DNA from: Candidatus Scatocola faecipullorum
GTDB taxonomy: Bacteria; Pseudomonadota; Alphaproteobacteria; RF32; CAG-239
Reading direction: 5' to 3'
NCBI GenBank assembly: GCA_018714685.1
Contig: DVNC01000050.1
Location: 1 to 63,720, forward strand
Length of the DNA stretch: 63,720 nt
Shown here: positions 9,840 through 18,167 of the stretch, piece after piece
How the letters are laid out: each line of letters starts with the position of its first letter
Numbering within the stretch: position 1 is the stretch's first letter
The notes under the pieces: model-generated
Databases searched by the model: none
Told to the model about the DNA's origin: nothing
What the model saw: only the letters and a program-made list of their open reading frames with translations
Translations under genes and position numbers: made by a program

Positions 9840-10838
9840 ATCCTGTTCCAAACGGACGGCTTTGAGTTTGGGAATAAAAAGAACTTCGCTGCCGCTGCGG
9901 ACAAAATAACCGCGATTGACCGCCCGGGTCAGATAATGTTCCCGGTTTTCGTCGTCAATAACACGAACTTCCCGCTGTTGCAAATCCTGCCGGCAGCCGA
10001 GCATGCCGCAATAAAAACTTCCCCACACTGCCGCCGTCAGCAGCAAAACGCTGCGATTGTGGTGAACAATCCGCAACGCCAGATCCGCCAGCAGCACAAT
10101 AACCGTAACAAAGAATCCGCCGAAGAAATAAGCCGGAGCCGCTGCCCAGACTTTCCCGTACACCGGAATCAAAAACAAAAAATAAACTGCCGCAACCGCC
10201 ACTGCTCCCAGCAGGCTCCATCCGCCGATACGAAGAGCAATTCCGCCCAGCACTTTTAACTCGGGCCACATTTTCTTCCGCGAAAGCTCATATTTATAAA
10301 CCAGCTTGTCATATTGGCCTTTTTCGGCAGCCAGAAAACGCTGCAAACGCTCTACCGAAACCTTCCGCCCCCGCCGCCGCGATAATTTGCGGTATGTATT
10401 TTTGCCGTAAGCTTTTGCCAATTGCAACCGCAAGAGCCACTGCTCCAAGGCACTGTTCCACAGCTCGGTTTTCAAACGCGCAATTTGCTGCAGGCTGTCT
10501 GCCGGCCCGTCATATTTTGCCCACCAAAAGCGGAGCTTATGCAGCAGTTTCTGATACGGCCCGGAAGAACTGTCTAAAATCTGTACTATCAGAGAAGTGT
10601 ATAAAATCAGCCCCAGAACAAGCCCCGGCAGCGTTCCGCTGTAATAGTCCCTTGTCCGCAGCAGACTCATATAGCGCCAGTCCAACCCGTAAAAATATCC
10701 CAGATTATAAATAAACAGAGCCATAATGACAATCAGGACCAGCATCGGCAGATAAGTCTGAAACAAATCGGCCACCCGAAACGGCTGTTCCCAGCTGCGG
10801 ACAGGCCTGCCGGATTGAATTGTTTTGGAACGGGGCAT
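9834..10838 (-). CDS. Hypothetical multi-pass membrane protein
   Basis: 334-aa ORF with about 5 hydrophobic segments and a basic cytoplasmic helix region. Confidence 0.7.
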   Translation of the reverse strand: MPRSKTIQSGRPVRSWEQPFRVADLFQTYLPMLVLIVIMALFIYNLGYFYGLDWRYMSLLRTRDYYSGTLPGLVLGLILYTSLIVQILDSSSGPYQKLLHKLRFWWAKYDGPADSLQQIARLKTELWNSALEQWLLRLQLAKAYGKNTYRKLSRRRGRKVSVERLQRFLAAEKGQYDKLVYKYELSRKKMWPELKVLGGIALRIGGWSLLGAVAVAAVYFLFLIPVYGKVWAAAPAYFFGGFFVTVIVLLADLALRIVHHNRSVLLLTAAVWGSFYCGMLGCRQDLQQREVRVIDDENREHYLTRAVNRGYFVRSGSEVLFIPKLKAVRLEQDL

Positions 10839-10955
10839 TTTTCTTCCTTCTCAAACTTTCATAACTTGACAACATTATAGACAAAATTTACATTTTCGCA
10901 ACAAAATTTTATGACACAAAAAAACCGGGCTGCACACCCGGTTTTTATCCTCAAG

Positions 10956-11528
10956 TCATTCTTCTATCCGCCAGTTTCCGTCCCAAACAACGTGTATGGC
11001 TTCGGCATTCGGCAGTTTTTCGCCGTTGCCGCCCATTGTCATCAGCAAAAAGCGCAAAGCGGCGCTGTGCGAAGAAATGCCGATAACACTTTCAGGCTTC
11101 TCCAGCAAATCGGCCAGAGCCTGCTGCATCCGCCGTTGAATGGCTGCTTTGCTCTCCCCGCCCGGAAATCCCTGTGCCATCGCCAAACCCGGCTTGTACC
11201 AGCTGTCAATAATCTCCGGCCACCGGCGTTTCACTTCCTCTTTGGACAGCCCTTCCGCCGCACCGAAATTGCCTTCCAGCAAGCGTTCGTCACTGATAAC
11301 CGCAATACAGAGCCGTACGGCCGCAATCTCTGCCGTTTGCCTTGCCCGCCGCAAAGGAGAAGTATAAATCACCTCTATCTCCTTTTCTTCCAGATAAACT
11401 GCCAGTTTTTGAGCCTGCAAACGCCCGGTTTCATTTAACCCGGCGTCAATTCCCTGCCCCTGACGCAGCCCGAGGCGGTTATACTCGGTTTCGCCGTGGC
11501 GGAACAGATAAAAGTCTTTTCTTTTCAT
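10956..11528 (-). CDS. Histidine phosphatase (phosphoglycerate mutase) family
   Basis: YLFRHGET.YN RHG motif, SPLRRARQTA, GGES, SH. Confidence 0.93.
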   Translation of the reverse strand: MKRKDFYLFRHGETEYNRLGLRQGQGIDAGLNETGRLQAQKLAVYLEEKEIEVIYTSPLRRARQTAEIAAVRLCIAVISDERLLEGNFGAAEGLSKEEVKRRWPEIIDSWYKPGLAMAQGFPGGESKAAIQRRMQQALADLLEKPESVIGISSHSAALRFLLMTMGGNGEKLPNAEAIHVVWDGNWRIEE

Positions 11529-11618
11529 AAAAAATAATTTTAAGACAACAATATAAACAAAATTCCTATTTTCACGGAAACTTGTTTAACACTTTTTGAC
11601 TGCCGTGCAAATTAAATT

Positions 11619-11936
11619 TTACAAATTTTCTAAATCTTTAAGATAAATCCAGCGCTTAATCTTGGAAAAATCGGCGGAAGGCGTGCCGTTCAGCGTCGAA
11701 ATCAAATACTTTCCGTCTGCATCCTCAAACAGGCAAAGCGCATCAGCCTGCGGCAGAACGCCGGAATACCAGAGCGTTTTGTCTTTTTGCATTTTGGCCA
11801 AGCTGGACACACAACTGATCCAGCGTTTTTTCATCTTGGCAATCCGCCATTCGGCAATCACCACATATAAAATCACAATCAACCCGGCTATCGGCATTTT
11901 TCCCTCGCTGACAAACATCTGTAATAAATTAAGCAT
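11619..11936 (-). CDS. Small hypothetical membrane-anchored protein
   Basis: 105-aa ORF with one TM segment, fills gap between terminators. Confidence 0.55.
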   Translation of the reverse strand: MLNLLQMFVSEGKMPIAGLIVILYVVIAEWRIAKMKKRWISCVSSLAKMQKDKTLWYSGVLPQADALCLFEDADGKYLISTLNGTPSADFSKIKRWIYLKDLENL

Positions 11937-12008
11937 ATATCGGTTAATTTTAAATTGCCAACAAAAAAATATCCCGCCTTAACGGCGGGATATTTACTGA
12001 TTGAAAAA

Positions 12009-12527
12009 TCAGTCTTTGTCATGAACGTCATGAAGCTTCTTCTCATGGCGGTCACGGCGCATGTCATGACGGGCTTTCCTGGCTTCATGGCGCTTTTTCA
12101 TTTCTTCATGATGCCGGGCTTTGATGTCTTTAAGCTTTTCTTTCTGCTCCGGAGTCAGAATTTTTTCAAACTCCAGCATATTGTCTTCACGCAGCTTATC
12201 CATCTTCTCACGAATGTCTTTCATCTCCTCAAACAGCGGTTTAAGCTTTTCACGGCCTTCTTTGCGGATTTTCTCGGCCTGCTCCTGCTGCTCTTTTGTC
12301 AGTCCCAAATCGTCCGCCAGTTTTTTAGACATCTTTTTCTCCATCTTTTCCATTTTCTTCTCCATCGCTTTATCTGCACCCGGCGGCGGAGGAGGAGGCA
12401 GCATTTCATCTCCGTGATGCGGCGGCGGAGGCGGCAGCGGCATATCATCGGCAGCCTGAACATTCAGGGCGCCCAAAGCCATAACGCTGAAACAAACGGC
12501 AGTTAATAAAACTTTCTTCATTATCAT
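12009..12527 (-). CDS. Spy/CpxP-family periplasmic chaperone
   Basis: Signal peptide, Pro/His-rich N-terminus, two LTxxQ motifs (LGLTKEQ, ILTPEQ). Confidence 0.88.
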   Translation of the reverse strand: MIMKKVLLTAVCFSVMALGALNVQAADDMPLPPPPPHHGDEMLPPPPPPGADKAMEKKMEKMEKKMSKKLADDLGLTKEQQEQAEKIRKEGREKLKPLFEEMKDIREKMDKLREDNMLEFEKILTPEQKEKLKDIKARHHEEMKKRHEARKARHDMRRDRHEKKLHDVHDKD

Positions 12528-13018
12528 TCTCCTTTTAACGGTTGTAACACTTCGCTCAAAAGTTTCCGAGCATTAAAGAGTCTGGATTTGATGGTTCCGA
12601 CCGGATCGCCGGTCTTTTTGGCAATCTGCTCATAACTCATCTCTTCAAACTCAAACAGAATAATCACCTGGCGCAGCTTTTTCGGCAGAGTGTCCACGGC
12701 CTTCAGAATAATTTTCTGGCGCTCTCTGGCATCAAACCGCTCTTCGATTTTTCCGCCGACGGCCACTTTTTCCAAAATCGATTCGTCACCTGCTTTGCGC
12801 AGCTCGGCCCGGTGCTGACTGGATTTCAGATAATCGCGGCAGACATTGGCAGCCAAAGCGCTTATCCACTGAACAAACTTCCCTTCTTCATGATAGCGGT
12901 CCAGATTCCGCCAGGTCTTGATATAAACCTCTTGTTCGATGTCTTCATTATACGAGCCGGTCAATTTTTTGATAATTGCCTTAATCCGGCCCTGATGCGC
13001 TGCAATAATTTCTTTCAT
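12524..13018 (-). CDS. ECF RNA polymerase sigma factor
   Basis: EDIEQEVYIK.W, F..WI..LA.N..RDY (region 2); MSYEQIA...G.PVGTIKSRLFNAR (region 4). Confidence 0.95.
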   Translation of the reverse strand: MKEIIAAHQGRIKAIIKKLTGSYNEDIEQEVYIKTWRNLDRYHEEGKFVQWISALAANVCRDYLKSSQHRAELRKAGDESILEKVAVGGKIEERFDARERQKIILKAVDTLPKKLRQVIILFEFEEMSYEQIAKKTGDPVGTIKSRLFNARKLLSEVLQPLKGE

Positions 13019-13279
13019 TTAGCCGACCATCAACAAGCCGTATTCGTCAACCGGCAAGCCCATATCTTCAATAACCGAACCTTCTTCTATCTGCGCCACC
13101 TGATTTTCAAACTCCATATCCGGCAGCAGGGTATAGGTGTTGTATTTCTGCGGCCACAAGCTGCTCATCATCACCACGCACACCAGCATTCCGAGTGTTG
13201 CTTTAATCCGGTTGTTGCGGCGCTTTCGGGCAAAATACAGCGGCTTGGCCTCCTGTAACAAACGAGAAATGTCATCCAT
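13019..13279 (-). CDS. Small single-pass membrane protein, putative anti-sigma factor
   Basis: 86 aa, basic patch then TM helix; stop abuts sigma start; AAGGAG SD. Confidence 0.65.
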   Translation of the reverse strand: MDDISRLLQEAKPLYFARKRRNNRIKATLGMLVCVVMMSSLWPQKYNTYTLLPDMEFENQVAQIEEGSVIEDMGLPVDEYGLLMVG

Positions 13280-13300
13280 GTTTCAAACTCCTTACCCTTA

Positions 13301-13330
13301 TTAGAACGAGACTGTTGTCATTAAAGTTCA
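13301..13330 (-). promoter_or_regulatory. Candidate ECF-sigma promoter 1
   Basis: Minus strand TGAAC-N17-CGTTCTAA upstream of anti-sigma/sigma/Spy operon. Confidence 0.55.
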
Positions 13331-13347
13331 TTTTATTTGATATTTAA

Positions 13348-13695
13348 TTAATATCCGGTCGTCACACACTGCTGAACCGTTACACCGTTGTTAACGGTAG
13401 TTGTGCAGTTGGAAGTCGCAACCGGCTGCGGCACAACGGCGGCTTGCACCGGCACATAGGTCTGAACCGTCTGCTGCGGCGTCAGCAAATTGGCTAATGC
13501 CGCCATCCCCACAATCGTCCCCGCCACGGCCAGAGCCGTCCCGCTGCGGTGATGCTTGTGCCTGACGGCTCCCGGCCGATGATACGAATAAACAGGCCCC
13601 GGACGGAAATGCGCCCCGCCGTGGCCGGGAAAAGCCTGAACCGTCCCCGTGCTTAACATCGTTACCGCAGCCAACAGCATCAAAAATTTTTTCAT
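13348..13695 (-). CDS. Secreted hypothetical protein
   Basis: MKKFLMLLAAVTMLSTGTVQA signal peptide, His-rich segment, internal hydrophobic helix, C-terminal Cys pair; start 13695. Confidence 0.7.
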   Translation of the reverse strand: MKKFLMLLAAVTMLSTGTVQAFPGHGGAHFRPGPVYSYHRPGAVRHKHHRSGTALAVAGTIVGMAALANLLTPQQTVQTYVPVQAAVVPQPVATSNCTTTVNNGVTVQQCVTTGY

Positions 13696-13731
13696 AAATA
13701 AAACTCCCTGTTTTTTTAAGTCTGACACTTC

Positions 13732-13761
13732 TTAAAACGAACGTTTTTTCTTTTTTGTTCA
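13732..13761 (-). promoter_or_regulatory. Candidate ECF-sigma promoter 2
   Basis: Minus strand TGAAC-N17-CGTTTTAA, same spacing as 13301-13330. Confidence 0.55.
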
Positions 13762-13859
13762 AAATATTTTTTAATCCCGCGTTTTTCCTTCCCGTCCCTC
13801 ACTCGTTGTCCGCCCTCCGCCATTGCTCTGATAACCATATAATTCATGTCCTTTCTCCG

Positions 13860-13971
13860 TGTCATTACCCGGCTTGACTGGATAACCAGTGCTCCCTCTT
13901 CTGTCATTACCCGGCTTGACCGGATAACCAGTGCTCCCTCCCCTGTCATTACCCGGCTTGACCGGGTAATC
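13860..13971 (+). repeat. Three REP-like palindromes, 42-bp period
   Basis: TGTCATTACCCGGCTTGAC(C/T)GG(A/G)TAA at 13860, 13902, 13944; third copy is the perfect palindrome ATTACCCGG-CTTGA-CCGGGTAAT. Confidence 0.85.
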
Positions 13972-14092
13972 TGAATTTATACGCCTTTCCGGTTTTATCC
14001 GAACATTCCGCTCAAACCGGAACATAATAAAAAAACAGCCGGATATATCAATCAAACTTAAAATCATCTCATGGCCTTACATAAATTTCCCC

Positions 14093-14121
14093 TTGCAATT
14101 TAGCCGGCTCTCATTTACAGT
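14093..14121 (+). promoter_or_regulatory. Candidate sigma70 promoter for structured RNA unit 1
   Basis: TTGCAA-N17-TACAGT. Confidence 0.5.
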
Positions 14122-14127
14122 AGAACC

Positions 14128-14340
14128 AGCTTTTAGGCAAGGTAAGTCCGGTTTCGTCCGAACCCCAAACCTGATTAACCGTGAGAGCGGGCGGGAACCT
14201 AGTAATTCTTTCATCAGTTACAAGACCCTCTCATGTGAGGGAGCCTCCAATATAAGGCGGCTTCCGCACGAATAAGGAGGGCTGTCCGACTGGTACAGTT
14301 ACTAGCTCCCTCACACCTTTCAGGTCTGAGGGTTTTGTTT
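14128..14340 (+). ncRNA. Unassigned structured RNA unit 1, ends in intrinsic terminator
   Basis: CTAGTAA(14199-205)/TTACTAG(14299-305); TGTGAGGGAGC(14234-44)/GCTCCCTCACA(14305-15); CCCTCA..TGAGGG+TTTTGTTT terminator (14308-14340). Confidence 0.5.
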
Positions 14341-14405
14341 TGATGGCAGCTCGAAACAAATAAAACCTGATTAAGCTGCTGAATTTTATAAACACGGTAT
14401 TGGCT

Positions 14406-14435
14406 TTGTAAAATTCTTAAGTTATAACATATAAT
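14406..14435 (+). promoter_or_regulatory. Candidate sigma70 promoter for unit 2/HTH operon
   Basis: TTGTAA-N18-TATAAT (perfect -10 at 14430-14435). Confidence 0.5.
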
Positions 14436-14441
14436 AATTCA

Positions 14442-14654
14442 GTGTGGACGGTTTGAAACCCCGACACAGATAAATATGTTACATACCCAACGCAGCAGGC
14501 GTTAATCTGCACTCGTACCCTTTTTAAGGGGAGGAGTATTGCGAATACCCGTACCGTGCCGGCTTCGTCCGGCACGGATACGGTAATAAGCATAACTGTA
14601 TATGGGTATGTACAGGGTTTCAGCTCCTCCCGCCTTTTGAAAGGATAGGTTGTT
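14442..14654 (+). ncRNA. Unassigned structured RNA unit 2 / 5' leader of HTH operon
   Basis: TGAAACCC(14454-61)/GGGTTTCA(14615-22); TACATACCCA(14480-89)/TGGGTATGTA(14603-12); GGGAGGAG(14529-36)/CTCCTCCC(14624-31); long CCGTGCCGG/CCGGCACGG hairpin. Confidence 0.5.
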
Positions 14655-14900
14655 ATGCAAGCTGATTTGTCCCATTTTATCATTGAAGATAAGCAAAATC
14701 TCGGCTGGAGATTTCACTGGCTGCGTGCCGAACAGCAGGAGCCGATTGATATCTGCGCCCAAAAACTCAATGTTTCCGTTGACGTGATTGATAAGATTGA
14801 AAGCGGACAATTTGACAGTCCTCAAGTCAATCTGGACATCTTAATCCGTTATCTCGCACTTTACGGCGAAAAGTTCCGCCTCAGCCTCGGAGACGACTAA
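14655..14900 (+). CDS. XRE-family helix-turn-helix protein
   Basis: LGWRFHWLRAEQ...ICAQKLNVSVDVIDKIESG pattern; SD AGGATAGG. Confidence 0.8.
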   Translation: MQADLSHFIIEDKQNLGWRFHWLRAEQQEPIDICAQKLNVSVDVIDKIESGQFDSPQVNLDILIRYLALYGEKFRLSLGDD

Positions 14901-15190
14901 TGGACGACAGATATATTTTTCACTGGAAAGAGCTCCCTTTTGACGGTGCTTATTACCTGGCGGAAGAACTTTATTCCGCCCGGCGGCAGAAAAAACTCAG
15001 CCTGGAGGAAGTCAGCCGGGCCACAGGCATTCCGCCGGTTCGGATAGACGCTCAGGAAGTTATGTCGGCGGACATAGATTTCCATATCATCGCGCGATTA
15101 TTGGATTTTTATCGGATTAAACTGGGTTTGAGCAAAGGTTTTTTTCCCGGCTTGCCGCAAAACTATCAAAAAAAATATTTCCGCAATTAA
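14900..15190 (+). CDS. XRE-family helix-turn-helix protein
   Basis: LAEELYSARRQKKLSLEEVSRATGIP; TAATG stop/start coupling with the upstream HTH gene. Confidence 0.8.
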   Translation: MDDRYIFHWKELPFDGAYYLAEELYSARRQKKLSLEEVSRATGIPPVRIDAQEVMSADIDFHIIARLLDFYRIKLGLSKGFFPGLPQNYQKKYFRN

Positions 15191-15273
15191 GGCAGGCGCT
15201 CCGAACACTGCCGTTTCTTCCCGGCCGGAACCGCACCGTCTCCCGGCCGGGTCGGAAAATCCTTTTATCAATT

Positions 15274-17535
15274 CTATAAACAGCGGTAAAGATTAGCTTT
15301 TCGACAGTTGGCAACATCTTCAAAGCGGCGGACTTTATTCCAGACTTGCGCAGCCTTGGCTGCTTCATATGATTTATAAACAAAATCAACCCGATAGTAA
15401 TCCGCCTTAATTTCTGCCGCCTCCGCCGCAAAACACAACGGCTGTTCGGCAAACAGCATCGTCTGGCAGTCCTTCGACAAAGCCTGATATTTCTGTCCGT
15501 CTTTCTCCAATTTCAGCCATTTTTCACCGCGCGGACAATCTTTGCAGGCATTACTGCGAATACAGGCGGCACTGGTAAACAATGCCGCATCCTGATAAAC
15601 CACCATTGTCACCGGTAAAGGCGCTTGCGCGGCAATCAGGCTGAGGTTGTCAAGCTGGTCTTCCACCGAAAGCGTCACCCGTCCGACATTCATCTCTTTA
15701 GCCATCTGCATGGCTTGGGTATTCAGCATATATAAAGGCGCGTCAAAGCTTAAATCAATTCCGTTTTTCGGCAGCACCGACAATCCCCAGTAATTGCCTA
15801 TTTCCCATTTTTTATATCCCTGCGCCAGCAAAGTCTCTATCAGCGGCTTAAACTTGTCAACCCGTCGGCAGACCGTCGGCAGCGCCAGACGGAGTTTGTT
15901 TTTAGGCAGCTTTTTCAACTCGTTGGCATCACTTTGTTCATTCAGCAGATAAATAATTTCATCGGCTTCGTCCGGCGCAATGGCGGCAATTTTAGCCAAA
16001 CTGTCGGTTTTTATAACCCATTTGGCGGTTTGAATCCGGTGCGGAGCGTCCGTCTCCGGCAGATTTCCCTTCTTGTTTTCAACACTTATTTGCGCATAAA
16101 GCTGCCGCCGCAGCTCATTGAACAAAGACACCGGAACAAACAAACCTTCCGGATTGCGCACCTCAAACCGTCCCGGCTCCACCGCGGCATCACCGCTTTT
16201 GGCAAAAGCTTTGCGGGCGGCTTCAACCGTTTTCTCAGGATGTTCTGCCGCAGCAAAATCACCTGTTATCCGGCACTCAACATCGCCGCTGCGAGCAACA
16301 ATTTCCCCGCCGGCAATCTCGACGACAATGTCAACCGCCGCTTTCTGCCGAAATTCACCCGGCTTGGGCTTGCCATAATCATAAGCGCCCTTAACTTCGG
16401 AGGCCGAGGCCAGATAAATGTTCCACCCTTTTTCCAAACGCGGCGTCTGCGGCGGCAAATCCATGGTAATTTCTTCCCCTGCCGGCACTTCAAACACGCT
16501 TTGCCCTCTCAGACGCAGCCGCTGGACCGAAAAACCGAACGGCTTTTCCATGCCGGGAATTTCAATTTGTATCCCGTCATAGCGCGCTACCTTATGTTTG
16601 CTGTGAAAAGTCAGACGCCCTTTGCCTGCCTGCTCCACTTTGCCGATCAGCAGTCCCCGATGCCCGACAAATTCACGTTCAATCACATTTTTATCTTTGC
16701 CTTTGAAATGAAATTTGCACCACGGCCGCGAAAAAATCTGTTTGATATGTTCGGCCCGGTTTTCATCAGCTCCTTTGCCGTCCAATATCCGGCGGTAATA
16801 ATCGGTAACCGCGGCCACATAAAGTGCCGTCTTTTTACGCCCCTCAATCTTCAGCGACATTACCGGCATTTTCAGAACATCTTCCTGCAAAGCCATGTCT
16901 TTCATCGAAAAATAATGCTTTTCCCCGGCTTCGCCGGTAAAATTCGCCCGGCAGGGATATAAACATTTGCCGCGGTTGGCGCTGCGTCCGGTTTCCACCG
17001 ACGAAAACAGACAGAGACCGCTGTAAGAATAGCAAAGTGCCCCGTGAATAAAAGCCTCGGTCTCCAACCCCGGAACAGCGGCAATTTCTTTAATTTCTCC
17101 CTGCGTCAGTTCACGGGCTACCACCACCCGGCTGAACCCTTCCTTTTGCAGCGCCAGCGCCCCTTCTTTATTATGAACCGCCATCTGCGTACTGGCATGC
17201 ATTTCCAGTTCCGGATAACTCTCCCGAATAATCCGCGCCACGCCCAAGTCCTGCAAAATAACCGCATCCACTTTGCAGCGCGAACAAATATCCAGACTTT
17301 TCAGCAAATCGGAAAGTTCTTTTTCCTGCACCAGCGTATTGACCGCCGCATACACCTTGCGTCCCAGGTAATGCGCATAACCGACAAATTCATTAAGATT
17401 TTCTTCGCTGAAATTGGTTGCCGTTGCCCGCGCCGAAAATTGCTGCAGCCCCAGATAAACGGCGTCTGCCCCGTAAAACAGCGCCGCATACCCGGCTTCA
17501 ATATCGCCCGCCGGCGCCAGAAGTTCAGTTTTCAT
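15274..17535 (-). CDS. Peptidase U32 family, long RlhA-like form (probable Fe-S RNA hydroxylase)
   Basis: ELLAPAG, GADAVYLG, HASTQM, FIHGALCYSYSGLC..S....RSANRGKC..PCR, LKIEGR. Confidence 0.9.
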   Translation of the reverse strand: MKTELLAPAGDIEAGYAALFYGADAVYLGLQQFSARATATNFSEENLNEFVGYAHYLGRKVYAAVNTLVQEKELSDLLKSLDICSRCKVDAVILQDLGVARIIRESYPELEMHASTQMAVHNKEGALALQKEGFSRVVVARELTQGEIKEIAAVPGLETEAFIHGALCYSYSGLCLFSSVETGRSANRGKCLYPCRANFTGEAGEKHYFSMKDMALQEDVLKMPVMSLKIEGRKKTALYVAAVTDYYRRILDGKGADENRAEHIKQIFSRPWCKFHFKGKDKNVIEREFVGHRGLLIGKVEQAGKGRLTFHSKHKVARYDGIQIEIPGMEKPFGFSVQRLRLRGQSVFEVPAGEEITMDLPPQTPRLEKGWNIYLASASEVKGAYDYGKPKPGEFRQKAAVDIVVEIAGGEIVARSGDVECRITGDFAAAEHPEKTVEAARKAFAKSGDAAVEPGRFEVRNPEGLFVPVSLFNELRRQLYAQISVENKKGNLPETDAPHRIQTAKWVIKTDSLAKIAAIAPDEADEIIYLLNEQSDANELKKLPKNKLRLALPTVCRRVDKFKPLIETLLAQGYKKWEIGNYWGLSVLPKNGIDLSFDAPLYMLNTQAMQMAKEMNVGRVTLSVEDQLDNLSLIAAQAPLPVTMVVYQDAALFTSAACIRSNACKDCPRGEKWLKLEKDGQKYQALSKDCQTMLFAEQPLCFAAEAAEIKADYYRVDFVYKSYEAAKAAQVWNKVRRFEDVANCRKANLYRCL

Positions 17536-17574
17536 GGTCTTTCAGTCTTTCGCTAATGTTTCTTTGCGCTCAGA

Positions 17575-18012
17575 TTATTGCGCCGCTTTGCGAATGTCAA
17601 GCCGATATTCTTCCCGGCTGTATGCCGGAAATTTGGTAAAAAGCCAGCGAATACGCGCATTTTTCGTGCAAATTCCCCACATGCTGCCGTTAACCAGCAC
17701 TTCGGCCGCTCCCGCCTCGGCACCTGCCAAAGCCGAACATAACGCCTCGGAAAGCTGATAAACTTCCACATAACACATTTGAGGGTCTTCGCCCACCGTC
17801 CACGGATGGTTAAATCCGAAAGGCATTCCCGGCATCCGCTCCCTCCGGATCGGCCGATAAGCCGCCGCCAAGGCGCGCATCTCCGCCCGAATAATCCGAA
17901 CGCTCCCGATGATTTCCTTTTGTTCGCGGCATTCTTCCCGCGTCATCTGCAAAACCGGCGAACACCCCGCCGCCGATAAAACAAAAAGCAGAGCCATTAT
18001 TTGTTTCAGCAT
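17575..18012 (-). CDS. Hypothetical lipoprotein
   Basis: Lipobox AAGC; 145 aa; several additional Cys. Confidence 0.6.
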   Translation of the reverse strand: MLKQIMALLFVLSAAGCSPVLQMTREECREQKEIIGSVRIIRAEMRALAAAYRPIRRERMPGMPFGFNHPWTVGEDPQMCYVEVYQLSEALCSALAGAEAGAAEVLVNGSMWGICTKNARIRWLFTKFPAYSREEYRLDIRKAAQ

Positions 18013-18167
18013 CTGTATATCCTTAAATTAAGAATGATACACAGCCAAAACAAAACCCTGCCCGGTTAATCTGTAACCAGCATACCTCTCCCCGGTTTAA
18101 AATATCTTAATTTAAAAATAAAAAACCCCGTCCTTTCCTTAAGACGGGGTTTCCGTTTTCTATCTGT

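Noticed and set aside
13716-13847. 43-aa ORF (MNYMVIRA...) with AAAGGA SD
   Set aside because: Overlaps the candidate ECF promoter, low complexity, no recognisable motif; not called
13860-13971. CRISPR array
   Set aside because: The linkers between repeats are nearly identical rather than unique spacers, there are only 3 units, and no cas genes are present
14140-14200. TPP or FMN riboswitch (ACCC..AACCTGAT..GCG..GGGAA; AGGCAAGGTAAGTCC)
   Set aside because: TPP needs the upstream GCTGAGA loop and FMN needs its conserved GTGAAATTCC/GGATG elements; neither is present in order
14151-14217. Hammerhead ribozyme on minus strand (CTGATGA ... GAAAC)
   Set aside because: No closing stem II pair between the two core motifs could be formed
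14300-14335. Glycine riboswitch (CTTTCAGG)
   Set aside because: No GGAGAG or CCGAAG elements upstream
14093-14654. Permuted tmRNA, RNase P RNA or group I/II intron
   Set aside because: No CCA-ending acceptor piece or tag ORF, no complete P4 motifs in order, no P7 or domain V catalytic triad
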